Assembly (NCBI GenBank): GCA_017554565.1 | Contig: JAFZID010000197.1 | Span: 1-43,714, forward strand | Length of the DNA stretch: 43,714 nt | From: a bacterium | Lineage (GTDB): Bacteria; Auribacterota; UBA3054 | Direction: 5' to 3' | In this document: piece by piece, positions 1 through 11,996 of the stretch | Layout: each line of letters begins with the position of its first letter | Position numbering within the stretch: position 1 is the stretch's first letter | Position numbers and translations under genes: made by a program | Notes under the pieces: generated by a model | Told to the model about the DNA's origin: nothing | Database searches by the model: none | Seen by the model: the letters and a program-made list of their open reading frames with translations, nothing else

Positions 1-335
1 ACCGAGACCAGGGCCGGGATCTTCGCGCCCCGGGAGGCCGCCTGGAAACGCATCAGAGTCTCCGTGAGTTCCGCAAGCTCCCGGCTTTTGGCTTGCACCA
101 GCGTCTGTCCGTTCAAAACAATCGCTCCCTCTTCGTCAACCTCAATGACCTGCTCGTCCGGCATGAGGACCGCCTCCGTCTCCCGCCCTTCCCCCGGCAG
201 GGAAAAGCCCAGATCTCCTTCCGTCTTGTTCAAAGAGCAGGCGGACATGAAATAAATTAGAAGCAAGAACGTGCAGTCTATCATGGAAGAAATGGGGAAG
301 CTTATTTTGCCTGTTTCTTTTTTCTCCTTTCTCAT
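1..335 (-). CDS. exbD: ExbD/TolR family biopolymer transporter (partial; runs off the window start)
   Basis: Not in the ORF track. Manual translation from ATG at 335 gives MRKEKKETGKISFPISSMIDCTFLLLIYFM..., an ExbD-type TM helix with the conserved Asp. The start overlaps the upstream stop (TGATG). Confidence 0.85.
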   Translation of the reverse strand, partial: MRKEKKETGKISFPISSMIDCTFLLLIYFMSACSLNKTEGDLGFSLPGEGRETEAVLMPDEQVIEVDEEGAIVLNGQTLVQAKSRELAELTETLMRFQAASRGAKIPALVS

Positions 336-745
336 CAGCTCTCCTCATAGACGGAAAAGATTATTTTCGCCAAGCCCGCTTCCGCGCAGAGCTTCACGAA
401 CTTTTTCGTTACCATGCTTTTGCTCCTTCGATCGATCCTTAAGAGCACCGTGCCCTTGGGCGTCGCTTTCGCGAAAGCCTCCAGTTCCTTTTTCGCTTCT
501 TCAACGTCCGCCTTCCTGCCGTTGATGAGGCAGCTCTCGTCCCTTAGGATCGTCAGCGCGCAGAAAGCTTCCTCGCCTTCCCTTTTCCCGAAGTTTTTTA
601 CTTCCGGAAGCTCCAGGTCCTCCGGCGTGCTGAGGTTCTGCATGGTGGCGCTGCACATGAAAAAGATCAAAAGCAAAAAGACCATGTCGATCATGGGCGC
701 CATGTCCAGCTCACACTCCGCTTTCTTTTTCCTTGGCGGCCGCAT
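335..745 (-). CDS. exbD: ExbD/TolR family biopolymer transporter
   Basis: LDMAPMIDMVFLLLIFFM signature and C-terminal VLLRID...AGLAKIIF. Start moved from 844 to the ATG at 745 (MRPPRKKK). Confidence 0.88.
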   Translation of the reverse strand: MRPPRKKKAECELDMAPMIDMVFLLLIFFMCSATMQNLSTPEDLELPEVKNFGKREGEEAFCALTILRDESCLINGRKADVEEAKKELEAFAKATPKGTVLLRIDRRSKSMVTKKFVKLCAEAGLAKIIFSVYEES

Positions 746-1514
746 TTTTCCTCCTTTTCGGTTTTTCCTTTCCCTCTTCTTCTCCCAGACCGAGCTTAAC
801 CCTGACTTTTTCCCTTGCCAATCCCGCTCCCGCGTATATGTCAATCAGTTCCGTCACCTTCGCCAGCAATTCCCTTTCCCTGACGTCGAAGCGGCTCTTC
901 AAAACGAAGAAGGAGACCATAGCCGGGATGCCTACTATCAAGCCCGCGGCGGTGGTAAGGAGCGCCTCCCCGATATCGCCAGCCAAAAGCTCCGGTTTCC
1001 CCATGCCGCCCAGGCCTATCTTGGAAAAGGCCTTGATCATGCCGGAAACCGTTCCCAGCAACCCCAGCATCGGGGAGAGCGCCGCGATGGTGGACAGCAG
1101 GTTGAACCAGAACTGCATGGCGATGCTTTTGCCTTCCCACTTTTCCAGTACCGCTTCTTCCGCCTGCCGCCTCTCTTCCTTGTCGAGAGGATACTTCAGT
1201 TTTTCTATCCCCGGCGCCAAAACCAGCGCCAGAACGCTTTTGCCGAGCGCCAAAAGATCGAGTGTTGCTTTAAGGTCTCTTTTGTAAAGCGCGGCCTCCA
1301 ACCTTTCCGGAAGTCCCTTGGGTATGAATTTTCCTTTGCGCGTCTCGAAGAAACTGTAAACCGTGAGCCAGACTACCACGCAGGAGCAGAGCGCCAGAGG
1401 ATACATCAGAGGCCCTCCTGTTTTGAAAAGCCCCAGGGCGGTGGTGGATAAAGATTCCTCTTCCCCGAAAGCGGAAAGCGAAGCGAAAACAAACAAAGCG
1501 ATCAATGATCTCAC
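711..1514 (-). CDS. exbB: MotA/TolQ/ExbB proton channel family protein
   Basis: GGPLMYPL, SPMLGLLGTVSGMIKAF and GEALLTTAAGLIVGIP motifs; upstream of two exbD genes. Confidence 0.92.
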   Translation of the reverse strand: MRSLIALFVFASLSAFGEEESLSTTALGLFKTGGPLMYPLALCSCVVVWLTVYSFFETRKGKFIPKGLPERLEAALYKRDLKATLDLLALGKSVLALVLAPGIEKLKYPLDKEERRQAEEAVLEKWEGKSIAMQFWFNLLSTIAALSPMLGLLGTVSGMIKAFSKIGLGGMGKPELLAGDIGEALLTTAAGLIVGIPAMVSFFVLKSRFDVRERELLAKVTELIDIYAGAGLAREKVRVKLGLGEEEGKEKPKRRKNAAAKEKESGV

Positions 1515-2350
1515 GGCAGCAACTCCTCGGTGTAAGTGTTTATCAAGTGCGTCCTGGTGTAGCGGTCCCCTATTTCCAGCCAGCGCAGGATGAGCTTCCT
1601 GTGGCGCCGGTAGGCGACTTCCTTATATTCGTTGGTCAGTATCCCGGCCAGGCGGACGGCCGTTTCCCGATCCCCCGCCCGCAGAGCGCAGACGCTCCCC
1701 AAAAAGAGGCAGTCCGCAGCGACTTTTCTCTCAAGCGCCCAAAACATAGGCGGCGGCAGAAGATAAAAAAGCGCGTTCCTGAAATCCTCCTCCCGATACA
1801 AAATGCGTCCCATGTAGTAATGCCAGAGCGCCGCGGTCTCATCACTTCCTTTTTCCCAAGCAAGCTTTTCCAAGACTTCCCTGGCCTTCTTGTGATCCTT
1901 GGTCTTCCAATGGCAGATGCCCAGGTACAGCCCGGCCGCCTCTTCTTTGCTTTTAGAAAAATAGCGTTTGGCCTCCTGGCAGCGCCCGCAGTTGAAAAGC
2001 AATTTCCCGTAAGCGAAATACGGCGCCTCCGCTCCGCCGGGCCACCCGGCGGCCCAGGAATAGAGCTCCCACAATTCTTTGCCTCGTTCCAGCGCCCGCT
2101 TCTTTTTCGGCCCCCGGCGGTAGCTCTTTTCCGCCAATTCCGTCAATTCCACAGGATCCGTGAGCCTCAGCTTCGACACCTGCTCCTTTTTGGCCTGGCA
2201 CTTCATAAGGGAGCCGTCCTTGGCGTAGCGCTCGTAAACGATGGCGTTCTCTTCGTGATCCAGCAAACGCCCGCTGAAACTCTGCCCGGACTGCAGCGTA
2301 AGCCTTATCGGCAGCGCAACGGACAGCAGCAGCCAGTATGGTCTTCTCAT
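1511..2350 (-). CDS. TPR-repeat exported protein
   Basis: Likely start MRRPYWLLLSVAL at 2350, overlapping the upstream stop. Helical TPR-like repeats (LYLGICHW, HYYMGRILY). Confidence 0.7.
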   Translation of the reverse strand: MRRPYWLLLSVALPIRLTLQSGQSFSGRLLDHEENAIVYERYAKDGSLMKCQAKKEQVSKLRLTDPVELTELAEKSYRRGPKKKRALERGKELWELYSWAAGWPGGAEAPYFAYGKLLFNCGRCQEAKRYFSKSKEEAAGLYLGICHWKTKDHKKAREVLEKLAWEKGSDETAALWHYYMGRILYREEDFRNALFYLLPPPMFWALERKVAADCLFLGSVCALRAGDRETAVRLAGILTNEYKEVAYRRHRKLILRWLEIGDRYTRTHLINTYTEELLP

Positions 2351-4848
2351 AGATATCCCCTCTCCTTCGCTTCCTTTTCCGTGGCAGCCCAATCGTTCGT
2401 TCTGCCCAGCGCCTTGAAACACCCGATGCTTTTGGCGTAGGCTTGTTTCACCGCTGACTTTTCCCCCTGGTACATGACGTAAACGCGCTGGTAATAGCCC
2501 AGCGCCTCACCCGGTTTTCCCGCTTTCTGATAACAATCTCCCGCCAGCAATAGCAAAGCGGCTTTTTTCTCAGGAGGAAGCCCCTTCTGCCCCAGAAGCG
2601 CCAGGAACTTCTGCAGCGCGTCCTCCGTTTTCCCTTGTTTGAAAAGCGAAAGGCCCTGCAGCTCGTCCCTGCGGTAAAGGTCCTCCATGCGCGCAAAAGC
2701 TTCTTCGCCTTCCTCCAGATAAATTTCCGCTTCCGCGTATTTTTTCTTTTCCACGCTCATGGCGGCCAAAAAGAGCCAGCCTTCGGAGGAAGCCGGATCT
2801 TTGGGGAATTCTTCCGTCAGATACTTCGCCAAGGCTTCAGCCTCGCTTCCCTGTTTTTCCTCCGCCAGAACGAGCCGGCGCCTCAAGCTTTCCGGCCCCA
2901 GCGTCTGAAACTTCAATTTCCCCAGCCCGGCGTCGTCTTTCAAAAACAAGCAGGCCTTGGCGTAAGATCCCGTTTTGCCTTTCTGCAATTCCACCGCGGC
3001 TTCTTTTTTCAGCGCTTCCTTATAAGCCCCGGCCTCCTCCGCAAACTGAGCTCCCGCGGCCAGCGCCCCAAGCGCTTCCCCCTCCGCAAGGTCGTCCTTG
3101 GTCTTCAGCCAAAGCTTATTCGCCGCGCTCCTGGCTTTTTCCTTTTCCCCCAGGATCCGGCAGGCGCCTAGATAAGCGCTGAGCGCTTCGCCCCTGAAAC
3201 CCGGCGTTCCTTCCGCGAGCAGATACGGCTCCAGCAATTCCACAGCGAGCCTCGGCCTTCCCAACGCTTCGTAAACTTCCGCCGCCTTCAGAAGCGCGTA
3301 GCAGGCGAAATTGTCCGGTCTTTCTTTTTCCCGCGGCAGATTGTCCTTATAGGCCGCCAGCGCTTCCACAAGTTCCCCTGTGGCTCCCAGGGCGTCGCCC
3401 AGGGTGTTCTTCACCTCTTTAGCGTTATCGTACTCGGGGTAGCGCTCCAAGACCGCTCTCAGGGCCTTCTGGGCCCCGGAATAGTCTTCCTCCCGGTAGA
3501 GTATGGCCGCCAATCGGAACTCCACGTCCGCCATATGGGTATTCTTGGGATATTTTTGCTTGAAAGCTTTGAAGGTCGCTTCCGCTTCCTCGTCCAATCC
3601 CTGATAATACGCCAGCATGCCTTTCCAGTACGTCGCCTCTGCCGACAGCTTGTGCTCTTCCCCAAACTCCGCCAGCCAGGCCTCCGTTTCCATAAGAGCC
3701 GCTTTTTCCTCACCCAGGAAACCCAGCGCGCAGGCCGCGTACAGTTTCGCTTCGCCCAGCAATTCGGAGGAAGGATGTTTTTTGGCAAAATCCAGGAACC
3801 TGTCCCGCGCCCTCTGGTATTCCATGGCCCTAAGGGCGCCCTGGGCCGGCAGCAGGGCCAGCGCTTCCAATTCATCGTCTTTAAGCTTTTCTCCTAAAAG
3901 CTCCGCCACACCCTTGTCCAGCCGATCCAGGTAACCGCCTTGCAGACAGGCGTAGCAGCCCAGCTTTTTCAAGCCCACCTTTACGAAATCATTGGTGGTC
4001 ACCCTGACGCCTTCCTCGCAATAGACCGCGCACTCCGGGTAATAGCAGGCGTCGTAACAAGCCCGGGCCAATCTCGCCAGCCTCGCCTCGCCGCAGGACG
4101 CTTTGTCCGCCAGACGGTAAGCCGAGAGCGCGCCGGCGAAATTATTGCTCATGTACATTACGTCCCCCAGCCGCAGCGCCAGATAATTTCGCAAAGCTTC
4201 GGAATCTTCTTTCCTGTTCAGCGCCAGCCCTTCCCTCAGCCACAAAAGCGCAGCGTTCGCCTTCCCGGTTTCCAACAGACACCAGGAAAGATTTAGCGTT
4301 GACAGCGCCCGCAGCTTTTTCACCTCCTTCACTTCTTCCCAATAGGGCAGCGCTTCCTCGTAGCGCCCGGCCTTTGTCAGGGACAAAGCCAGATTCGCTT
4401 TCACCTCCGCCGCCTCGCCAACTCCCGCCTCCAACAGCGCGCGGAAGGTGTCCGCCGCGGACATATAAAGGCCAAGCTCCATTTCCGCCATCCCGAAGCC
4501 CAGGCGGGCGTTCCCGATCTCCGAAAACTCCGGATACTCTTTCCCCACCTTGGCAAACAGATCGGCGGCTTCTTCGAAGCGTTTTATCTTATAAGCCGCC
4601 AGGCCTCCGAAATAGGTCATACGGGGAAAATAGTTCGTCATCTCCTCCTCTTCCCCGTAGCGCGCCAGAAACGTGCGCGCCGCTAAAAAGGCGTTGGTCG
4701 CCTCTCCTCTTTTCAGCGAAGCGTAGGTAAAGCGAAACAGTCCCGCAGAATCGAGCTCGTCAAGATCCCCGGCGCGGCAAAAGCCGCACAAAGCGGCCAA
4801 GACCGCCGCAAGACACAAATCCAATTTCAGTTCGCGCGATAGATCCAC
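2347..4848 (-). CDS. Large tetratricopeptide-repeat protein with signal peptide
   Basis: 833 aa, hydrophobic N-terminus, many TPR-like repeats ending in F/Y-x-x-x-YP (GKEYPEF, KQKYPKN, LERYPEY). Confidence 0.85.
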   Translation of the reverse strand: MDLSRELKLDLCLAAVLAALCGFCRAGDLDELDSAGLFRFTYASLKRGEATNAFLAARTFLARYGEEEEMTNYFPRMTYFGGLAAYKIKRFEEAADLFAKVGKEYPEFSEIGNARLGFGMAEMELGLYMSAADTFRALLEAGVGEAAEVKANLALSLTKAGRYEEALPYWEEVKEVKKLRALSTLNLSWCLLETGKANAALLWLREGLALNRKEDSEALRNYLALRLGDVMYMSNNFAGALSAYRLADKASCGEARLARLARACYDACYYPECAVYCEEGVRVTTNDFVKVGLKKLGCYACLQGGYLDRLDKGVAELLGEKLKDDELEALALLPAQGALRAMEYQRARDRFLDFAKKHPSSELLGEAKLYAACALGFLGEEKAALMETEAWLAEFGEEHKLSAEATYWKGMLAYYQGLDEEAEATFKAFKQKYPKNTHMADVEFRLAAILYREEDYSGAQKALRAVLERYPEYDNAKEVKNTLGDALGATGELVEALAAYKDNLPREKERPDNFACYALLKAAEVYEALGRPRLAVELLEPYLLAEGTPGFRGEALSAYLGACRILGEKEKARSAANKLWLKTKDDLAEGEALGALAAGAQFAEEAGAYKEALKKEAAVELQKGKTGSYAKACLFLKDDAGLGKLKFQTLGPESLRRRLVLAEEKQGSEAEALAKYLTEEFPKDPASSEGWLFLAAMSVEKKKYAEAEIYLEEGEEAFARMEDLYRRDELQGLSLFKQGKTEDALQKFLALLGQKGLPPEKKAALLLLAGDCYQKAGKPGEALGYYQRVYVMYQGEKSAVKQAYAKSIGCFKALGRTNDWAATEKEAKERGYL

Positions 4849-4926
4849 TTTTTCTTCCGTTTAAAATTACTTGGCGTTCCCGCCTTATAATATATAACGG
4901 ACAAAAAAGCGAAAAAGTTGCGCGGA

Positions 4927-8255
<3,329 letters not shown>

Positions 8256-8273
8256 ATTTATTGCGTTGTTTCA

Positions 8274-8501
8274 AATTCGTGGCACAGTGTGCCACGAATT
8301 CAAAAACGCTTAACAGCTTGCAAACGCGTAACTTCAAATTCGTGCCACAGTGTGGCACGAATTCAAAAACGGTTAAACGCTTGCAAACACGTCACATCAA
8401 ATTCGTGGCACAGTGTGCCACGAATTCAACAAAAAGGCCTCAAGTACATAAGTTGTTCATAATTGCCAACTTCAAATTTGTGCCACACTGTGGCACAAAT
8501 T
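8274..8501. repeat. Array of four perfect 27-bp palindromes (13-1-13) with 36/36/48-bp spacers
   Basis: 8274-8300 AATTCGTGGCACA-G-TGTGCCACGAATT; 8337-8363 AATTCGTGCCACA-G-TGTGGCACGAATT; 8400-8426 identical to copy 1; 8475-8501 AATTTGTGCCACA-C-TGTGGCACAAATT. Confidence 0.95.
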
Positions 8502-8633
8502 TGATTTTTGTTTTTCTGTCTCTTTTTTCCCTACACAAATTTACCGAAAAGGAGGACTTGCAACTTTTTTGCTTTTTATACAATGAGGTTAGACAATAAT
8601 ATTTTTAAGCCTTAACAAAGGAGCGTCGTATTT

Positions 8634-9659
8634 ATGAACCCACCAAATTATATATTCGATAAAAACAAATCTGAGAAGATTTATTCCTCCATACGATCTT
8701 TTGTAATCACTGCTCAAAACAAAATATATACAGCTGTTAATTCTGCCATGATTGTCGCATATTGGGAAATTGGAGAACAGATATTAAAACATTGCGGGGA
8801 AAACGATAGAGCAGAATATGGTCAAAACCTCCTTAAATATCTTTCTAGTCGATTAACTCCCGAGTTCGGAAAAGGCTTTGGCGAAAGCAATCTGCGTAGA
8901 ATGCGTCAATTTTATTTAGCATACCCTGTGCGCGATTCTTTATATCCCGAACTTAGTTGGTCGCATTATCGTTTGCTAATGAAGATCACAGATAAAGCTG
9001 CTCGTGATTTCTACACGGAGGAATGCGTCAAGGCCGCCTGGAGCGTTCGGCAGTTGGAGCGGCAGATCAACACGATGTATTATCAGCGGCTTCTCGCCAG
9101 CAAAGACAAAGATGCCGTTAGAGCTGAAATACAAAAAACCGAACCAAAACCGGAATATGAAAAGGTCGTCAAGAATCTTTATGTCATGGAGTTTTTACAA
9201 ATAAAGCCTGACACCAAAGTTTATGAAGAAGAAATTGAGCAGGCGTTAATCGACCACTTGCAGCAATTTCTTTTGGAGCTTGGGCGCGGTTTTTCCCTTG
9301 TCGCCCGGCAAAAGCGTTTTACGCTGAACGGACAGGATTTCTTTATAGATCTGGTGTTTTACAACTATATCCTGAAATGTTTTGTCTTGATCGATTTGAA
9401 AACGACCAAGCTCACGCATCAGGACTTAGGGCAAATGCAAATGTATGTTAATTTCTATACGAGAGAATTGATGAATGAAGGCGACAATCCGCCCATCGGA
9501 ATCGTACTATGTGCCGAGAAAAACGACGCTGTTGTCAAATACACATTGCCCGTAGATAACAACCAGATCTTCGCATCAAAGTTTTTAACCTGCCTTCCTA
9601 CGGAAGAAGAATTAAAAAGAGAATTGCGCCTGGACTCGTTTATAAAAATCGAGAAATAA
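8634..9659 (+). CDS. yhcG: YhcG/DUF1016 family PD-(D/E)XK nuclease
   Basis: AYWEIG, RAEYG, GKGF..SNL..MRQFY, LSWSHY, WSVRQLERQI, FLLELGRGF, IDLVFY..LIDLK, GQMQMY and NPPIGIVLC. AAGGAG RBS at 8618-8623. AT-richer than its flanks. Confidence 0.93.
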   Translation: MNPPNYIFDKNKSEKIYSSIRSFVITAQNKIYTAVNSAMIVAYWEIGEQILKHCGENDRAEYGQNLLKYLSSRLTPEFGKGFGESNLRRMRQFYLAYPVRDSLYPELSWSHYRLLMKITDKAARDFYTEECVKAAWSVRQLERQINTMYYQRLLASKDKDAVRAEIQKTEPKPEYEKVVKNLYVMEFLQIKPDTKVYEEEIEQALIDHLQQFLLELGRGFSLVARQKRFTLNGQDFFIDLVFYNYILKCFVLIDLKTTKLTHQDLGQMQMYVNFYTRELMNEGDNPPIGIVLCAEKNDAVVKYTLPVDNNQIFASKFLTCLPTEEELKRELRLDSFIKIEK

Positions 9660-9664
9660 AAAAG

Positions 9665-10831
9665 CTATCTGCTGCAGATCTCTTCCACCATGTGGACAAA
9701 GTTTTCTTTGCCGGTTTTGATGTTGAGAGAGACTTTGAGATAGTAAACGGGAGGGGGATTCAGTTCGAGGCCGGCTCTCACGGAGAAGCGCACGGCGTCT
9801 TTTTCCGTGATGAGGATAGCCTGGCAGTCGAAGTTTTTGGCGGTCTCGTAGATCTTCTCTATCTCGTAGCGCATGAAGCGGTGATGATCGGCGAAGAAAC
9901 GCTTGGCGTTTATTTTCGCGCCGTTCTTTTCCAGGATAGCGACGAAGCCCTCGGGTTGGGCGATGCCGGTGACGACCATGATGGGAAGGCCCTGGAGAAG
10001 CGAGACGGGAGATTCTTTTTCCGTGTGGACGCTTATGAGTTTGTCGGGCTCGTACTGGCAGGTGAGGATGTCGGCTTCTTTGTTGTAGAGACGGATGTCG
10101 GCGACGAGGTCTTCGTATTTCTCTTCGGTAAGATTTTCGGCTTTGGTGATGAAGATATGGTCGGCCCTGCTTAGGCCCTCTATGGGCTCTCTCAGAAGGC
10201 CGGCTGGCAGGATCCGGCCGTAGCCGAAGGGACAGTTGGCGTCGATCAGGACGATGTCTTTCTGGCGGCGCATTCTCAGGTGCTGCATGCCGTCGTCCAG
10301 GACTATGGTGTCCACGCCGAATTCCCGCATGGCATAGCGGGCTCCCCGCACTCTGTCGGGGTCGGTTATGACCACGACGTTCTTAAGCTCCTTGGCGAGC
10401 ATGTAGGGCTCGTCGCCGGCAATCTTGGGGGATAAGAGCAGGTTCTTGCCGTCGCAGACGACCTTGGTCTTGTTGCTGAAATCCTTGTGCTTCAGCCTGA
10501 AGCGCAAACTCGGAGAATGGGATTTGTAGCCGCGGCTAACGATGGCGACTTTTCTTCCGCCCTTGGACAAGGCCTGGGAAAGCAGCGCCACGACGGGCGT
10601 TTTGCCGGTGCCGCCCACGGTGATGTTGCCGACGCTTATGACGTAGCAGCCGGGCCAGTAGCGTTTGCAGTAGCCCTTTCTGTACATGGCGTTGCGGATG
10701 GAAACGATCCCGCCGTAAAGTTTGCCGAGGACTCTCAGGACAGGCCAGACGAGGTAGCGGCGCCAGGTGGTGTCGTTACCGGAAACGAGCCGTTTCCATT
10801 TCTGCTCTCTTGAGAGTTTGTTTTTTCTCAT
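9665..10831 (-). CDS. lpxK: Tetraacyldisaccharide 4'-kinase
   Basis: ISVGNITVGGTGKTP, SRGY, GDEP, LDDGMQH, LPAGLLREP, F.DHH and TEKDAV motifs. Confidence 0.95.
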   Translation of the reverse strand: MRKNKLSREQKWKRLVSGNDTTWRRYLVWPVLRVLGKLYGGIVSIRNAMYRKGYCKRYWPGCYVISVGNITVGGTGKTPVVALLSQALSKGGRKVAIVSRGYKSHSPSLRFRLKHKDFSNKTKVVCDGKNLLLSPKIAGDEPYMLAKELKNVVVITDPDRVRGARYAMREFGVDTIVLDDGMQHLRMRRQKDIVLIDANCPFGYGRILPAGLLREPIEGLSRADHIFITKAENLTEEKYEDLVADIRLYNKEADILTCQYEPDKLISVHTEKESPVSLLQGLPIMVVTGIAQPEGFVAILEKNGAKINAKRFFADHHRFMRYEIEKIYETAKNFDCQAILITEKDAVRFSVRAGLELNPPPVYYLKVSLNIKTGKENFVHMVEEICSR

Positions 10832-11472
10832 TTCTTTTTGGCTTCCTGCTCGGCGAAGTCTATGAGTTTTCTGGCAACGGAGGCTTTGCTGATCAAGCCC
10901 AGGCGTTCCTTTTCCTTTTTGGGATAAAGGAAAGCGGCGTTCAGTTTCCCTGAGGCGAAGCCGGCCAGGGGCTTGGAGACGTCGTTTGCCACGATCATGT
11001 CGAGGCCTTTGACAAAAAGTTTTCTTTTGGCGGAGGCTTCCATATCCTCCGTTTCCGCCGCGAAGCCAATTATGGTTCTTTTTCCCTTGTCAGGGGAAAG
11101 CGATTTAAGGATGTCTTTCGTGCGGACCAGTTCCAGGATGGATTTCTCGGCGATCTTGTGCTCTTTCTGTTTCAGCTTTTTGGCGGGCTTGAAATCGCTG
11201 ACGGCCGCGGTCATGATGAGGACGTCGCAGTTATTGAATTCCTTCTTCAGAGCCTGGTACATGTCCTCGGCGGAGACGACGGGAATGTATTTGCAGCCTT
11301 TGGGCGGCTTAAGGTTGACGGGCCCGCTGACCAAAACGCACTCATAGCCTCGCTTTATTGCTTCCCTGGCGACGGCGAAGCCCATTTTTCCGGAGCTGGG
11401 ATTGGAGAGGAAACGGACCGGATCGATGTATTCCCTGGTCGGGCCCGCGCTGACTAAAAACTTCAAAGCCAT
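10828..11472 (-). CDS. coaB: Phosphopantothenate-cysteine ligase (stand-alone CoaB)
   Basis: SAGPTREYIDPVRFLSNPSSGKMG, AAVSDF, GFAAET and IVAND. Start taken at ATG 11472 (MALKFLV). Confidence 0.92.
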   Translation of the reverse strand: MALKFLVSAGPTREYIDPVRFLSNPSSGKMGFAVAREAIKRGYECVLVSGPVNLKPPKGCKYIPVVSAEDMYQALKKEFNNCDVLIMTAAVSDFKPAKKLKQKEHKIAEKSILELVRTKDILKSLSPDKGKRTIIGFAAETEDMEASAKRKLFVKGLDMIVANDVSKPLAGFASGKLNAAFLYPKKEKERLGLISKASVARKLIDFAEQEAKKK

Positions 11473-11474
11473 GA

Positions 11475-11996
11475 TTATTTCAACGCTTTCAAGATCTCTT
11501 CCAGAGGAGCGAGTCTGCCCAGGCCGCACTTGCCGCAGGCTAATTCGCCTTCCGTAGGATAAATTACTTCGACGCCTCTGTCTTTCAGTTTCTGGATGTT
11601 TTCTTTCGTGGCAGGGGCCTCCCACATGCCGTCGTTCATGGCCGGCGCCACGATCTTTCTGCCCCTGTGAGCGAGCATTACGGAGCTGGGACCGTCATCG
11701 GCGAAACCGTAAGCCAGCTTGGCGATGAAATCGGCGGAGGCCGGCAGCACTACGGCCGTTTCGCAAAGCTCGGCCAAAGCTACGTGCTCGGGGCGCCAGT
11801 CGGCGGGCTGGGCGAACTGGTCGATATAGACAGGATTTCTGGAGAGCGTTCGGAAGGTCACTTCGCCGACGAATTTCGTCGCGGCTTCCGTCATGGCCAC
11901 ATGCACGTTGAAGCCTTCCTTTACGAGAAGGCGCGTGAATTCACAGGCCTTGTAGGCCGCGATAGAGCCTGTTACGACTAAGAGAATGTCTTTCAT
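11475..11996 (-). CDS. coaC: Phosphopantothenoylcysteine decarboxylase (stand-alone CoaC)
   Basis: VTGSIAAYKA, EHV.LA, APAMN and LACG..GLGRL. Confidence 0.92.
   Translation of the reverse strand: MKDILLVVTGSIAAYKACEFTRLLVKEGFNVHVAMTEAATKFVGEVTFRTLSRNPVYIDQFAQPADWRPEHVALAELCETAVVLPASADFIAKLAYGFADDGPSSVMLAHRGRKIVAPAMNDGMWEAPATKENIQKLKDRGVEVIYPTEGELACGKCGLGRLAPLEEILKALK

Noticed and set aside
8274-8501. CRISPR array
   Set aside because: Repeat and spacer lengths are CRISPR-like, but the repeats vary with compensatory changes, are perfect palindromes with a 1-nt centre, spacers 1 and 2 are 30/36 identical, and no cas genes are in the window.
8558-8584. yhcG promoter TTGCAA...TACAAT
   Set aside because: The spacer is only 15 bp; too weak to call.
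8261-8599. 112-aa ORF reading through the palindrome array
   Set aside because: TTG start with no RBS directly after a terminator. It stays open because the repeat periods are multiples of 3. It cannot be fully excluded without proteomics.
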